From Candidatus Methylomirabilota bacterium (GTDB lineage Bacteria; Methylomirabilota; Methylomirabilia; Rokubacteriales; CSP1-6), in NCBI GenBank assembly GCA_035764725.1, contig DASTYT010000097.1, positions 1,367-65,366 of the forward strand: DNA of 64,000 bases, in the 5' to 3' direction. The translations under genes were made by a program, and so were the position numbers. Below the pieces are notes generated by a model. That model was not told the origin of the DNA. It was given only the letters and a program-made list of their open reading frames with translations, and searched no databases. This document shows, one piece after another, positions 46,811-57,182 of this stretch. Every line of letters begins with the position of its first letter. Position 1 is the first letter of the stretch.

Positions 46811-47656
46811 CTACGTCGCAGGCCGGGTGCCGCCGTAGGCCTCGCTGGGGCCGATGACGCTGTCCTCGAAGATGAGATTCGCGCGCTTCTCGGTGATCCG
46901 GCCCCAGTTGGCGAGCGCGGTGGGACTCCACTCGGCATCGGGGCGCGGCTCGTCGTCGAAGTTCCCGTAGGTGTCGACGCCCCGCACCAGCATGGTGGAC
47001 TGGCGTGTGCGCGGCGGCTTGGCCCAGGTCGGGTGCATCTCGATCAGCAGGAGGAAGCGACGATCGGGGCCAGCGTTGACGCCGGAGCTGTGGATCAGCG
47101 AATTGTCGAACAGCACCACCTCGCCGGGCTGCAGCGGAAAGTCGACGGCCTTGTCCTCGTCGAAAGGATCGGTGATGAACTGCCCCCGCGCGAGGATGCT
47201 CTTCGGGTCCGCGCTCTCCCCGTGGGTGAGAATGCCGCCCTTGTGCGAGCCGGGGATGCCGCGGAGGCAGCCCTGCGTCACTCCGCAGCTCGACAGGGCG
47301 AGCCCGGCCAGCACCACGGGCAGCGCGGCGCCGTACGCCGAGTCCTGGTGCCAGCCCGCGAAGGTCTCATGATCGGCCTTCTTCACCCGCCACGCCATGC
47401 TCCAGCACCGGAGATTGGGTCCGATCAGGTCCTCGAAGATGTCGAGGAGGTGCGGATCCTCCGCGATCTCGAGCACCCACGGGCAGAGCAGATGCGACTT
47501 GGTCTTCATCTTCTTGATGTCGGGCACCCGCGCCTCCAGCGCCTCGAACTTCTCCCGATAGTGGCGTGCACGCTCGGCGCTCATGGCCCTGATCGGGAAG
47601 AGATAGCCGTCACGCTCGTACGCGCGCACCTGCGCTTCGGTCAGGACCTTCGGCAT
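46811..47656 (-). CDS. phytanoyl-CoA dioxygenase (PhyH) family Fe(II)/2OG oxygenase
   Basis: HxD...H facial triad context (WHQDSAY ... HSSGVN). RBS AGGAGGG. The upstream 350 codons of the track ORF were discarded. Confidence 0.75.
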   Translation of the reverse strand: MPKVLTEAQVRAYERDGYLFPIRAMSAERARHYREKFEALEARVPDIKKMKTKSHLLCPWVLEIAEDPHLLDIFEDLIGPNLRCWSMAWRVKKADHETFAGWHQDSAYGAALPVVLAGLALSSCGVTQGCLRGIPGSHKGGILTHGESADPKSILARGQFITDPFDEDKAVDFPLQPGEVVLFDNSLIHSSGVNAGPDRRFLLLIEMHPTWAKPPRTRQSTMLVRGVDTYGNFDDEPRPDAEWSPTALANWGRITEKRANLIFEDSVIGPSEAYGGTRPAT

Positions 47657-47743
47657 GGCGATGCCCTCCTGCGCAGCATGCTGCCCCGTCGCCGACGCGG
47701 CGTCAAGGGTGGTCCGGCCATGCGCCGGTGGTAGGCTCATCCC

Positions 47744-48628
47744 GTGCGCTTTCTCGTGTCGCTGGTGCTCGACGGAATCCTTGCCGGCGCGGTCTACGCC
47801 TTGATCGCGCTCGCCTTCGTGGTCGTCTACAAGGCCTCGCGCATGATCAACTTTGCGCTGGGGGAGTGGGTGATGTACGGGTCGCGCCTGGCCGCGGCGG
47901 GCACACACGGTGCCGGCCTCGGGGTGACCGCCGCGCTCGGCGTCGCCGGGGCCGCCATGGTCGTCTTCGCGCTGGGCTTCAACCGCGTCGTCCTGCGCCG
48001 GCTGGTGGGGCAGCCCTTGATCGCCGTGATCATGGTGACGCTGGGGCTCGGCGCGCTCATGCGCGGCGCCGCGCCCTTTCTGTTCGCGGGCGTGCCCGGA
48101 CGGCTCACCCTCCCGATCCCCGAGGAGCCGCTCGTCGTGCTCGAGGTCGCGGTCCCGATCAGCCGCCTCGTCGCGCTCGGCGTGGCGATCGTCGCCATCG
48201 TGGCGGTGGCCGCGTTCTTCCGGTGGACGCGGACCGGCGTGGCCCTCCGCGCCCTCGCCGACGATCAGGAGGTCGCCCTCTCCGTCGGCATCGACGTGAA
48301 CCGCCACCTCGCGATCACCTGGGGCCTGGTGGGCGTTCTGGCCGTGCTGGCGGGCACGCTCTGGGCCCTCATCGCGGGCGTAGGATTCGGCGTGGCGCTG
48401 CTGGGACTCAAGGTGTTCCCCATCGTGGTGATCGGGGGACTCGACAGCATTCCCGGCAGCATCGTGGGCGCCATCCTCGTGGGGGTGCTCGAGAGCCTCA
48501 CCGCGGGGTACGTCGATCCGCTCGTGGGCGCGGGCTTCAGCAGCGTGGCGCCCTACGTGCTCTTGCTCGGCGTGCTCTTCGTCCGGCCGTATGGGATATT
48601 GGGCCGGCCGGACGCGCGACGCGTCTAG
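47744..48628 (+). CDS. branched-chain amino acid ABC permease (LivH-like), orphan
   Basis: Typical LivH N-terminus and eight TM. No LivM/G/F/K partners nearby. Confidence 0.7.
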   Translation: MRFLVSLVLDGILAGAVYALIALAFVVVYKASRMINFALGEWVMYGSRLAAAGTHGAGLGVTAALGVAGAAMVVFALGFNRVVLRRLVGQPLIAVIMVTLGLGALMRGAAPFLFAGVPGRLTLPIPEEPLVVLEVAVPISRLVALGVAIVAIVAVAAFFRWTRTGVALRALADDQEVALSVGIDVNRHLAITWGLVGVLAVLAGTLWALIAGVGFGVALLGLKVFPIVVIGGLDSIPGSIVGAILVGVLESLTAGYVDPLVGAGFSSVAPYVLLLGVLFVRPYGILGRPDARRV

Positions 48629-48656
48629 CGCACCCCATGGCGGAGCACGGCACGCG

Positions 48657-49547
48657 GTGAAGATCGGCACGGTATTCCCCCACGCGGACATCGGCTCGGA
48701 TCCCGCGGCCATCCGCGACTTCGCCCAGGCGGTGGAAGCGGCGGGGTTCGACTATCTGATCGCCTACGATCACGTGACCGGCGCGCATCCCGACCGCTTC
48801 GCGAACGTGACTATCCCCGGTTTCGCGGGGCCCCCGTACGTCCACGACAGCCCCTTCCATGAGATCTTCACGCTCTTCGCCTACCTCGCCGGGCTCACCC
48901 GCCGCATCGAGCTGGTGACGAGTGTGCTCGTACTGCCGCAGCGCCAGACCGCGCTGGTCGCGAAGCAGGCAGCCGAGGTCGATCTGCTGAGCGGGGGCCG
49001 GCTGCGGCTGGTGGTGGGCGTCGGCTGGAACTTCGCCGAGTACGGCTCGCTGGGGGCGGACTTCGGCAGTCGTGGCCGGCGCCTCGAGGAGCAGCTCGTG
49101 GTGCTGCGCCGGCTCTGGAGCGAGCCGCTCGTGTCCTTCGAGGGCCGCTTCCACCTGCTGGACCGGATCGCGATCGCTCCGCGGCCGGCGCGCCCCCTGC
49201 CGATCTGGATCGGCGGCGGCGTGGGGGACGTGCTGTTGCGCCGTCTCGCCCGCCACGCCAACGGCTGGATGCCGCTGCTGCCGCCCGCCGAGGATCCCGA
49301 GGCGGCGGTGGCGCGGTTGCGCGCGGTGCTCAAGGAAGAGGGCCGCGACCCCGCCGTGTTCGGTCTGGACGCGCGCATCCGGGCCGCGGGGGAGCCCGCG
49401 GACTGGGTGCGCGCGGCGCGCCGCTGGCAGGCCCTCGGCGCCACGCATCTCTGCCTGAACAGCGTGGTCAAGGGCACGCCGCCGAGGGCGCAGCTCGATA
49501 CGGCGATCCGCATGAAGCACGTCATCACGGACGCGATCGGGTGCTGA
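48657..49547 (+). CDS. LLM-class (luciferase-like) flavin/F420-dependent oxidoreductase
   Basis: GTG start giving MKIGTVFP. TIM-barrel LLM motifs. Confidence 0.7.
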   Translation: MKIGTVFPHADIGSDPAAIRDFAQAVEAAGFDYLIAYDHVTGAHPDRFANVTIPGFAGPPYVHDSPFHEIFTLFAYLAGLTRRIELVTSVLVLPQRQTALVAKQAAEVDLLSGGRLRLVVGVGWNFAEYGSLGADFGSRGRRLEEQLVVLRRLWSEPLVSFEGRFHLLDRIAIAPRPARPLPIWIGGGVGDVLLRRLARHANGWMPLLPPAEDPEAAVARLRAVLKEEGRDPAVFGLDARIRAAGEPADWVRAARRWQALGATHLCLNSVVKGTPPRAQLDTAIRMKHVITDAIGC

Positions 49548-50788
49548 GCCGTCGCGCCTTCCTCGCGGGCGCGGCCGCGGGGCTCGGCATCACGACCGGC
49601 GCCCGCGCGTCCACCGTGGACGCCCTGCCGCTCATCGACGACGGCCTCCGCAATCCTTGCCTGGACAGCCGGCTGCCCGAGCACCTCGCGCGCCACGAGA
49701 TCGTCCAGGCGGCCTGGGAGGGCGTGGACCCCGCGCGCGTGTGGGATGTGCACGTGCACCTCGTGGGCACCGGCGATTCCGGCGAAGGCCCGTGGCTGCC
49801 GCCCGAGGCGGAGAGCCTGTGGCATCCATCGTCGTACTTCCGACGCATGGCCCTCATGAACGCGGCCTGCGTCGACCCGAAGGCGGCGGACCGGAGCTAT
49901 GTCGAGCGCCTGCACGCGCTGATCGACGCGTTCCCGACCGGCGCTCGCTGCGTGCTCCTCGCCTTCGACTATCACCGCGACGCGGAAGGGCGCCCCGAGC
50001 CGTCGCGCTCGACCTTCTACACGTCCGACGCCTACGCGGCGGCCGTCGCCCAGCGCTTCCCCCGGCGCTTCGAGTGGGCCGCGAGTATCCATCCCTACCG
50101 GCCGGACGCGCTGGAGGCGCTGGAGACTGCGCGCCGGCGGGGCGCGCGCGCCGTCAAGTGGCTGCCGAACGCGATGGGGATGGATCCGGCGTCCGCGCGC
50201 TGCGATGCGTTCTACGCCGCGCTCGCGCGGACCGGTGTGCCGCTCCTCTCCCACGCGGGTGCGGAGGGCACGGTGGACGCGTGGGGGGACGGGCAGGACC
50301 TCGGCAACCCGCTACGGCTCCGCCGAGCCCTGGATCACGGCGTGCGCGTGATCGTCGCCCACTGCGCCACGTTCGGAAAGGGCGTCGACCTCGACGTGGG
50401 GCCGAAGGGGCCGAAGGTGCCCAATTTCGACCTGTTCGCGCGGTTGATGGGCGAGGCGCGCTACGCGCGCCTCCTGCACGGCGACATCTCCGCCACCGTC
50501 CAGCGCAATCGGAAGCGCTATCTGCCCGCCCTGCTGGCGCACGGGGACTGGCATCCCCGGCTCCTCTGGGGGTCGGACTATCCGCTGCCCGGCGTGCTGC
50601 CGGTCATCTACGTGGACGCCATCGCCGACCTGGGGCTCATCGATCCCGCGGAGGTGCCGGTGATCGTGGAGATTCGGCGACACAACCCGCTGCTGTTCGA
50701 CTTCGTGCTGAAGCGACGGCTCGCCGCCAAGGGGCAGCGCTTCGCGGCGACGGTGTTCGAGACGCGCGACTACTTCACGCCGGTGTGA
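49541..50788 (+). CDS. metal-dependent amidohydrolase (TIM barrel), Tat signal
   Basis: GTG overlapping the upstream stop. SRRAFLAGAAAGLG Tat motif. HVH and HxH ligands. Confidence 0.65.
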   Translation: MLSRRAFLAGAAAGLGITTGARASTVDALPLIDDGLRNPCLDSRLPEHLARHEIVQAAWEGVDPARVWDVHVHLVGTGDSGEGPWLPPEAESLWHPSSYFRRMALMNAACVDPKAADRSYVERLHALIDAFPTGARCVLLAFDYHRDAEGRPEPSRSTFYTSDAYAAAVAQRFPRRFEWAASIHPYRPDALEALETARRRGARAVKWLPNAMGMDPASARCDAFYAALARTGVPLLSHAGAEGTVDAWGDGQDLGNPLRLRRALDHGVRVIVAHCATFGKGVDLDVGPKGPKVPNFDLFARLMGEARYARLLHGDISATVQRNRKRYLPALLAHGDWHPRLLWGSDYPLPGVLPVIYVDAIADLGLIDPAEVPVIVEIRRHNPLLFDFVLKRRLAAKGQRFAATVFETRDYFTPV

Positions 50789-51554
50789 AGACGAGCCGCG
50801 CGCCGCCGGTGCGCAGGGGATCGAGCGGCCCGACGCGTCCCGCCCGCGAGCGCAGGGTCGCGTCGAACGGCGACGCCCCGTGGCGTGTCACCCAGCGCTC
50901 GATGGGGCCGCCGGCCAGCCGCGGGCCCAGAACCTCCACCGCGTTGGGCCCGATGGCGAAGCGGATCCCGTTGCCGCCGAGCTCCGCGTTGACGACGTCC
51001 TCGCCCGGCTGCTTCAGCACTTCGGCGTACCAGTGGCGCACCGCGGGCAGCTCGGCGGACGTCGTGGCGATGCGGAGCCGCGCGATGCCGGTGACGTCGT
51101 TCGCATGACGGGTCTCGCGGGGCACGCGCTCCGCGCGCGGAGTCTCATCCTTGATGAGAAAGGGGGCTACCCCCTGGTGCCGGGCGCGGACGAGCGAGAC
51201 CCTCCAGGCCACACGGTAGCCGTCGGGGCGCTCGCGCGACTGCGGGACCGCGTCGACGATCTCCACGCCGGCGGCGCGCAGGGCGCGCGTGTCCGCCATC
51301 AGGTCGTCGGTCCGCAGGCAATAGTCGACGAGGCCGCCGCCGTCCTGGAGCGCGGCCCACCAGGGATGGTCCCGGCTGTCCCGATAGAACGAGACCAGCT
51401 CGAGGTAGGCGCCGTCCTCGAAGGCGATGAGGGCATTGTGCGTGCCGATGGGGTGCCGGCCGCCCGGCACCACCGTGAAGCCCAGCTCGCGATAGGCGGT
51501 GGCCGCCTTCTCGAGCTCCGGTACCGCGATGACGAGATGGTCGATGCCGGAGAT
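50775..51554 (-). CDS. VOC-family protein (two glyoxalase-like domains)
   Basis: ATG overlaps the upstream stop (ATGA). GIDHLVIAV motif. Confidence 0.65.
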   Translation of the reverse strand: MSGIDHLVIAVPELEKAATAYRELGFTVVPGGRHPIGTHNALIAFEDGAYLELVSFYRDSRDHPWWAALQDGGGLVDYCLRTDDLMADTRALRAAGVEIVDAVPQSRERPDGYRVAWRVSLVRARHQGVAPFLIKDETPRAERVPRETRHANDVTGIARLRIATTSAELPAVRHWYAEVLKQPGEDVVNAELGGNGIRFAIGPNAVEVLGPRLAGGPIERWVTRHGASPFDATLRSRAGRVGPLDPLRTGGARLVFTPA

Positions 51555-52564
51555 CATCGACCGGAGAGCGCGGGCGCCACCTCGCCGAGGAACCGCTTGA
51601 GCTGGCCGCGCTGATCCCACGACGTGAGCCGTAGCGCGATGTGGCTCAGCCCCGCCTCGGCGTACGCGCGCAGCTCGGCGATGCACTGCGCGGGGCTGCC
51701 CGCCACCGTCCAGCCCTCCACGAAGGCGGGCGTGAACTTGCTCGTGTAATAGGCGTCGAGGAAGGCCTTGCTCTCCGCGAGCGCCGCCTGCCGGTCCTCG
51801 TTGATGTGGATGTTGTGGTAGAGCGCGCCGCCGAGCCGCGCGGGATCGCGTCCCTCCTCGCGGGCCATCGCCGCGATGCGCGCCCACTGCTCGCGGAACT
51901 GGGCGGGGCTCACCTTGTTGGTCATCCAGCCGTCGGCATAGCGGGCGACCCGGCGGAAGCTTCGCTCGACGACGGAGTCCTCGGCGCTCGCGCCGCCCTT
52001 CCAGGTGAGGCCGGTGGGATTGCTCGCGATCCAGATCGGGTGGGGCTGCTGGACGGGAGCGGGCTCGATGGTCACGCCGTCGAACTGATAGAAGCGCCCG
52101 TGATGCGCGGCCTTCTTCTCGCCGAAGAGCCGCCGCAGGATCGTGATGCCCTCCTCCATGCGGGCCACCCGCTCGGCGGCGCGGATGCCCATCACCTGGT
52201 GCTCGAGCGCCTGGGCCGGGCTCTGCTCGTCGGGGCCGCCGAGGCAGACGACCAGCCACGCGCGGCCGCCGGAGATCACGTCGAGGCTCGCCCATTGCTG
52301 GGCGAAGAGGACGGGATGACGGTGCACGAACGTAGCCAGGCAGCCCACGCCCAGGCGCACGCGCGACGTCACCGCGGCCAGCGCCGACAAGAGGGTGACC
52401 GCCTCGAGCCGCGGCTTGGCGAGCAGGCTGTCGCCCACCCACACGGTGTCGAAGGCGCCGGATGCCTCCGCCTCCACCGTCAGCTCGAGCAGCTCGCGGG
52501 ACTTGATCGCGCCCAGCACCACCGCGCGATTGGGCAGGGTCAAACCGAACGTCGTCGCGGGCAT
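51554..52564 (-). CDS. LLM-class flavin/F420-dependent oxidoreductase
   Basis: RBS GGAGG. Luciferase-like TIM barrel motifs. Confidence 0.8.
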   Translation of the reverse strand: MPATTFGLTLPNRAVVLGAIKSRELLELTVEAEASGAFDTVWVGDSLLAKPRLEAVTLLSALAAVTSRVRLGVGCLATFVHRHPVLFAQQWASLDVISGGRAWLVVCLGGPDEQSPAQALEHQVMGIRAAERVARMEEGITILRRLFGEKKAAHHGRFYQFDGVTIEPAPVQQPHPIWIASNPTGLTWKGGASAEDSVVERSFRRVARYADGWMTNKVSPAQFREQWARIAAMAREEGRDPARLGGALYHNIHINEDRQAALAESKAFLDAYYTSKFTPAFVEGWTVAGSPAQCIAELRAYAEAGLSHIALRLTSWDQRGQLKRFLGEVAPALSGR

Positions 52565-52585
52565 GGGAGCCTCCCGAAGCAAACC

Positions 52586-54556
52586 CTAGGGACGCGGCAC
52601 GGTGGAGTCAAGCGGCGCGCCACGCCCGTCGCGCGGCGGCTCCACCACAGGGAACATCATGCGGAAGTCGTCGAGCAGCCCGAACAGGGTGGCGAGCGCG
52701 TCGCCGTCGCCCTGGAGGCGGAGCGCGCCGGCGCCCTTGGCCTCGGCCGGCGTCGTCTCGCGGAGAGCGAGGCGGTCGAGCGTGGTGCGCGAAAGGGTGA
52801 CGGTGGCGTGCGGCCGCGGGTGTTGCCGGTCCGCGCGATAGGTCAGGGCGCCGTTCGAGAGGGTGAGGGCATAGCGCTCCCCGGTGTCCTCCACGATCCA
52901 GTTCAGCGTCAGGGCCACGCCGGCCGCGCGCTCGCCGTCGACGCGCACCGCGAGATAGTCGAAGAAGAGGTCGAGGGGCATCGCGCGCACCACGTCGGGG
53001 CTCACCGGCGCCCGCGCGGCGAGATCGGGCGTCCCGCCCCGCAGCTCGCGCGCCCCCAGGAGATACGCGTTTCGCCACGTCGCCGACTCCGCCTGGTAGC
53101 CGAGCTGCTCGAGGGCGTCCGCGCCGAGGGCCCGGGCCTCCCCGTCGCCGGGATCCGCGAACACGAGATGGCTCATCGCCTCCGCCACGAAGCGGTACTC
53201 GCCCCGCGCGAAGTCCTCGCGGCCCCGCCGGCGCGCCGCCTCCGCCCCGCCCATGTACTCGACGTACTTGCGCGCCCGCTCCACCGCGGGCAGGGGCTGC
53301 AGGTGGGCGGGGTTGGCGTCGTACCAGCCGAGGTAGCGCTGGTACACCGCCTTGGCGTTGTGGCTGAGCGTTCCATAGTAGCCGCGCGCGTGCCACGCGC
53401 CGGCCAGCCCGGGGGGCAGGGCGAGGCGCTCGGCGATCTCGGCGGGGCGGAGGCCGTGGTTCATGAGGCGCGCGGCCTGGTCGTGCAGGTACTTGTAGAG
53501 GTCGCGCTGCTTGGCGAGGAAGTCGCGCACCCGGTCGCCGTCCCACACCGGCCAGTGGTGCTGGGCGAAGACCACGTCGGCGTCGCCGCCGAAGCGGTCC
53601 AGCGCGGCGTCGAGATACTTCGCCCAGCCGTTGGCGTCCCGCACCTGCGCGCCGCGGATGGGGTAGGTGTTGTGCAGGTTGTGGGTGGCGTTCTCGGCGA
53701 GGTTCAGCGCGCGCCGCTCCGGATAGAACATGTGCATCTCGGCCGGCGCCTCGGTCTCCGGGGCCAGCTGGAACACGATCTCCACGCCGTCGATCCGGTG
53801 CGTCTCGAATGGCCGCGCGATCGTCACCGTCGGCGGGATCAGTGTCACGGTGCCCCGGGACGTTACCTTGCCGAGCCCCGCGTCCACCTGGCCACGCGGG
53901 CCTTTGGGCAGGGTGGCGCCGAACTGGAACTGGGCGCGCCGCACCATCGGCGTGCCGGCGATCACCGCCTCCGAAACGACCTCGACCATGAAGCGGTCGG
54001 GCGCGAGCACGGGCACGCGGCCCGCGCGCACGTCAGCCTCCTCGACGACGCCGCGCACCCCGCCGTAGTGGTCCGTGTGGCTGTGCGTGTAGATGACGGC
54101 GGTGACCGGCCGTCGCCCGCGATGCGCGAAGTACAGATCGAGCCCGGCGCGTGCCGTCTCGGTGGAGATGAGGGGATCGATGACGATGACGCCGCGCTCA
54201 CCCTCGAGCAGCGTCATGTTCGAGATGTCGAAGCCGCGGATCTGATAGATGCCGTCGGCGACGTGGAAGAGCCCGCTGTGGAGGTTCAAGCGCGCCTGCC
54301 GCCAGAGGCTGGGATTCACGGTCGGCGGCGCCTCCTCCGCGGCGAGGAAGGCGTACTCGCGCAGGCTCCACACCACGCGCCCCTGCGCGTTCGTGATCTC
54401 GACGTCGGGGAGGGTGGCGACGAAGCCGCGTGCCGCGTCCGCGAAATCGCCGCGATCGGCGAAGGGCAGCGTGTCCAGGACGGCGCGGTTGCGCGCCGTC
54501 GTGTGAGGGGTCGCGTCGCGCGGCTCGGCGGAGGAGCGCGGCGCGTTGGCGATCAC
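52586..54556 (-). CDS. MBL-fold alkyl/aryl-sulfatase (SdsA1/YjcS-like)
   Basis: HSHTDHYGG metallo-beta-lactamase motif. Dimerisation and SCP2-like C-terminal regions. 656 aa. Confidence 0.85.
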   Translation of the reverse strand: MIANAPRSSAEPRDATPHTTARNRAVLDTLPFADRGDFADAARGFVATLPDVEITNAQGRVVWSLREYAFLAAEEAPPTVNPSLWRQARLNLHSGLFHVADGIYQIRGFDISNMTLLEGERGVIVIDPLISTETARAGLDLYFAHRGRRPVTAVIYTHSHTDHYGGVRGVVEEADVRAGRVPVLAPDRFMVEVVSEAVIAGTPMVRRAQFQFGATLPKGPRGQVDAGLGKVTSRGTVTLIPPTVTIARPFETHRIDGVEIVFQLAPETEAPAEMHMFYPERRALNLAENATHNLHNTYPIRGAQVRDANGWAKYLDAALDRFGGDADVVFAQHHWPVWDGDRVRDFLAKQRDLYKYLHDQAARLMNHGLRPAEIAERLALPPGLAGAWHARGYYGTLSHNAKAVYQRYLGWYDANPAHLQPLPAVERARKYVEYMGGAEAARRRGREDFARGEYRFVAEAMSHLVFADPGDGEARALGADALEQLGYQAESATWRNAYLLGARELRGGTPDLAARAPVSPDVVRAMPLDLFFDYLAVRVDGERAAGVALTLNWIVEDTGERYALTLSNGALTYRADRQHPRPHATVTLSRTTLDRLALRETTPAEAKGAGALRLQGDGDALATLFGLLDDFRMMFPVVEPPRDGRGAPLDSTVPRP

Positions 54557-54589
54557 GCCGCGCTCCCCATGCCCGCCGGAGTCACGCGC

Positions 54590-55444
54590 TCAGCCGAGCT
54601 GCTTGTGGACGAACTCGACGATGCGGGCCACGGCCCTCGCGGCCGCGGGCGAGCCGGGATTGCGGTTCACGAAGCCCTCGGCCTCACCCTCATACAGCTC
54701 GAGCTCGACCTGGCCGCCCGCCTTGCGATACCCCGCGACGAAGCGGTCGAGGTCGGGGCGCGGGTGCGCCACGTCCTTCGTGCCCTGGATGTAGAGGGCG
54801 GGCGGTGTCTCCACCGTCTCGCCGCGCTCGAGGGCGAGCACGGGATTGGCCTCCGCCATGGCGGCCTCGCCCGGCCAGTAGAGATCGTGCAGCGGAAGCA
54901 CGCGGTCCACCACCTCGGGGTAGGGCGGCCCGCCCGCCTTGAGCTTCTTGGCGTAGTGATAGCGCGCGAGCGGATCGATCACCGGCCAGCACAGCACCAC
55001 GCACCGGAGCCGCGCGTCCACCGCGGGCGAGCCCGCCGGCAGCGCCTGGGCGGCGTAACGCCGGTCGGTGGGGCGCATGCCGAGCAACATGGCCTGATGG
55101 CCTCCGCTCGAGATGCCGATGGCGCCCACGCGGTCGGCGCGGCCGCGGAGCCGACCCGCCTGCGTCTTGAGCCAGCGGATGGCGTAGTGGATGTCGACGA
55201 GGGACGCGGGATAGCCCCCGTCGGGAGGCATGCGGAAGTCGAGGGCGGCCACGATGACGCCGCTCTTCGCCAGGGGCTCGTTCATCGCCACGTCATTGGT
55301 GCGGTTGCCGTTGCACCACGCACCCCCGTGGAGATCCACCATCATCGGAAAGGGGCCCTCCCCCTTGGGGCGGAACAGGCGCGCGAGGAGCGGCTTGTCG
55401 CCGTGGCGGAGATACTCGACGTCGTCGACGGTGATCTCGTGCAT
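54590..55444 (-). CDS. alpha/beta-hydrolase esterase (HSL family)
   Basis: HGGAW oxyanion motif. GISSGG nucleophile elbow. The upstream 245 codons of the track ORF were discarded. Confidence 0.8.
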   Translation of the reverse strand: MHEITVDDVEYLRHGDKPLLARLFRPKGEGPFPMMVDLHGGAWCNGNRTNDVAMNEPLAKSGVIVAALDFRMPPDGGYPASLVDIHYAIRWLKTQAGRLRGRADRVGAIGISSGGHQAMLLGMRPTDRRYAAQALPAGSPAVDARLRCVVLCWPVIDPLARYHYAKKLKAGGPPYPEVVDRVLPLHDLYWPGEAAMAEANPVLALERGETVETPPALYIQGTKDVAHPRPDLDRFVAGYRKAGGQVELELYEGEAEGFVNRNPGSPAAARAVARIVEFVHKQLG

Positions 55445-55576
55445 GTCGGGGGCTCCTGTGGGGTAGGAGGGCTCGGCCTCGATCGACCGTAGCCTGCGCT
55501 CCGCGCGACGCCAGGTCAATAGGGGCGTCAACGGATGACCGGGCTCCCTCGTCAGTAGGGGTAGGGAGGATACGAC

Positions 55577-56194
55577 ATGAAGACCACACAGACACTCGCA
55601 GCGCTGGCGCTGGGCCTCGGCCTGGCCGTGCCGGCCGCCGCCTCCGAAACCCCCGCCGCCACACCCCTCGCGGACAATGGGGTGGTGCTGGCCCAGGCCG
55701 CCCCGGCGCCCGGCCCGCAAGCCCCCGGCCAGTACCGTCAGGCTCAGCGCCACGGCTGGCAGCGCTACATGCGTCACCGGCGGATGCCGACCTATGCCGG
55801 CATCGCCCTTCGCCACCAGGCCGAGCTCGGCCTGAACCCCCAGCAGGTCGAATCCCTCCGGAAGCTCCAGACCGACACGATGCGGGCGGCCATCCAGCGG
55901 CGGGCCGACATGCAGATCGCCGGGCTGGATCTCATGACCCTCCGCCGTGCCGACCCCGTGGACATGGCCAAGGTCGAAGCGAAAATCCGTGACATGGAAA
56001 AGATGCGGGCGGACGGCAAGATCGCGCGGCTCCGGGCCGACGAGCAGGGCAAGGCCCAGCTCACCGCCGACCAGCGCGCGAAGCTCAAGAGCCTCATGAT
56101 GGCGCGCATGCAGCAGTGGCGTGAGCGGCAGCAGCAGCGCTCGGACTCCGACGGCACGCCCGCGCCGCCGGCGGTGCACGAAGAACGCAGCTGA
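55577..56194 (+). CDS. periplasmic Spy/CpxP/ZraP-family (LTxxQ) protein
   Basis: RBS GGGAGGA. Signal peptide. LTADQRAKL motif. Confidence 0.65.
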   Translation: MKTTQTLAALALGLGLAVPAAASETPAATPLADNGVVLAQAAPAPGPQAPGQYRQAQRHGWQRYMRHRRMPTYAGIALRHQAELGLNPQQVESLRKLQTDTMRAAIQRRADMQIAGLDLMTLRRADPVDMAKVEAKIRDMEKMRADGKIARLRADEQGKAQLTADQRAKLKSLMMARMQQWRERQQQRSDSDGTPAPPAVHEERS

Positions 56195-56333
56195 TCGATC
56201 GCGCTCGGACCTGAGTCACCTCGCGGCAGGGCCTCTGGCCCTGCCGCGGCCGTTCGGCTACGATGAGACCGCCCTGCCGGCCGATGGGGGCCCGGCGCGG
56301 CGCGCGCCTCTTCTACGTCGAAAGGAGCCGAGC

Positions 56334-56951
56334 GTGATCTACGAGATCCGGACGTATCGCATCACTCCGGGAAGCCTCGCCGAGGTCGAGAAGCGATTCG
56401 GCGAGGGCTACGAGCACCGCAAGAAGTACTCCGAGCTGACCGCCTTCTGGCACACCGAGATCGGGCCTCTCAACGAGATCATCCACGTCTGGGGCTATCG
56501 CGATCTTGCCGAGCGCGCGCGCATCCGTGGTGAGGCGGCGAAGGACTCCAACTGGCCGCCGAAGATCTCGGAGTTCATCCAGACGATGAAGTCCGAGATC
56601 GTGACGCCGTTCCCCTTCGTGCCCGAGGTGCAGCCCGGCAAGATGGGCCCGTTCTTCGAGATCCGCTACTACACGCTCAAGGCCGGCATGCTCCCCGACA
56701 CCGCCAAGGGCTGGGAAGGTGCCTTGCCCGAGCGCATCAAGATGTCGCCGGTGGTGCTCGCGGGCGGCGTCGAGCTCGGCACCGCGAACGGCTTCGTGCA
56801 CATCTGGGCCTACTCGAGCCTCGATCAGCGGATGCAGATTCGCGAGGAGGCGCGGAAGAAGGGCGTGTGGCCTCCGCCGGGCGGCGGAGGGCGGCTCATC
56901 ACCCAGGAAACGAAGATCGTGATGCCGTCGGCGTTCTCGCCGCTCAAGTAG
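56334..56951 (+). CDS. NIPSNAP-family protein (two NIPSNAP domains)
   Basis: GTG start with an AAGGAG RBS. Tandem dimeric alpha+beta-barrel-like halves. Confidence 0.7.
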   Translation: MIYEIRTYRITPGSLAEVEKRFGEGYEHRKKYSELTAFWHTEIGPLNEIIHVWGYRDLAERARIRGEAAKDSNWPPKISEFIQTMKSEIVTPFPFVPEVQPGKMGPFFEIRYYTLKAGMLPDTAKGWEGALPERIKMSPVVLAGGVELGTANGFVHIWAYSSLDQRMQIREEARKKGVWPPPGGGGRLITQETKIVMPSAFSPLK

Positions 56952-56969
56952 GGTCCCTTCACGTCGCGC

Positions 56970-56998
56970 TCGGCGGCGCTGCGAAGGGCAGCGCCGCC
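56970..56998 (+). terminator. GC hairpin after the NIPSNAP gene (12-bp perfect stem)
   Basis: CGGCGGCGCTGC gaagg GCAGCGCCGCCG. Confidence 0.5.
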
Positions 56999-57166
56999 GA
57001 CCGTCCCTCCTCCGCTGGAAAGCCTGAAGTCCGCAGATGCCTGACTTGCCCAGGCCTCTATGGGTGATTATCCACACGGCACTGTCGGTGATCATTACAG
57101 TTTCGGGACTGGATCATTTCTGTCGGGCCGTAAGTAATTAAAATATAAGAATTCGACGACATGGTA

Positions 57167-57182
57167 TGGAACCTGAAGTGCA
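57167..57182 (+). promoter_or_regulatory. putative sigma-54 promoter (TGGAAC-N5-GTGCA)
   Basis: GG-N10-GC, about 60 bp upstream of the PEP-CTERM gene ATG, immediately downstream of an AT-rich block. Confidence 0.5.

Noticed and set aside
51641-55492. 1283-aa plus ORF
   Set aside because: Antisense to four well-supported minus-strand genes (LLM, sulfatase, esterase). Composition is artefactual.
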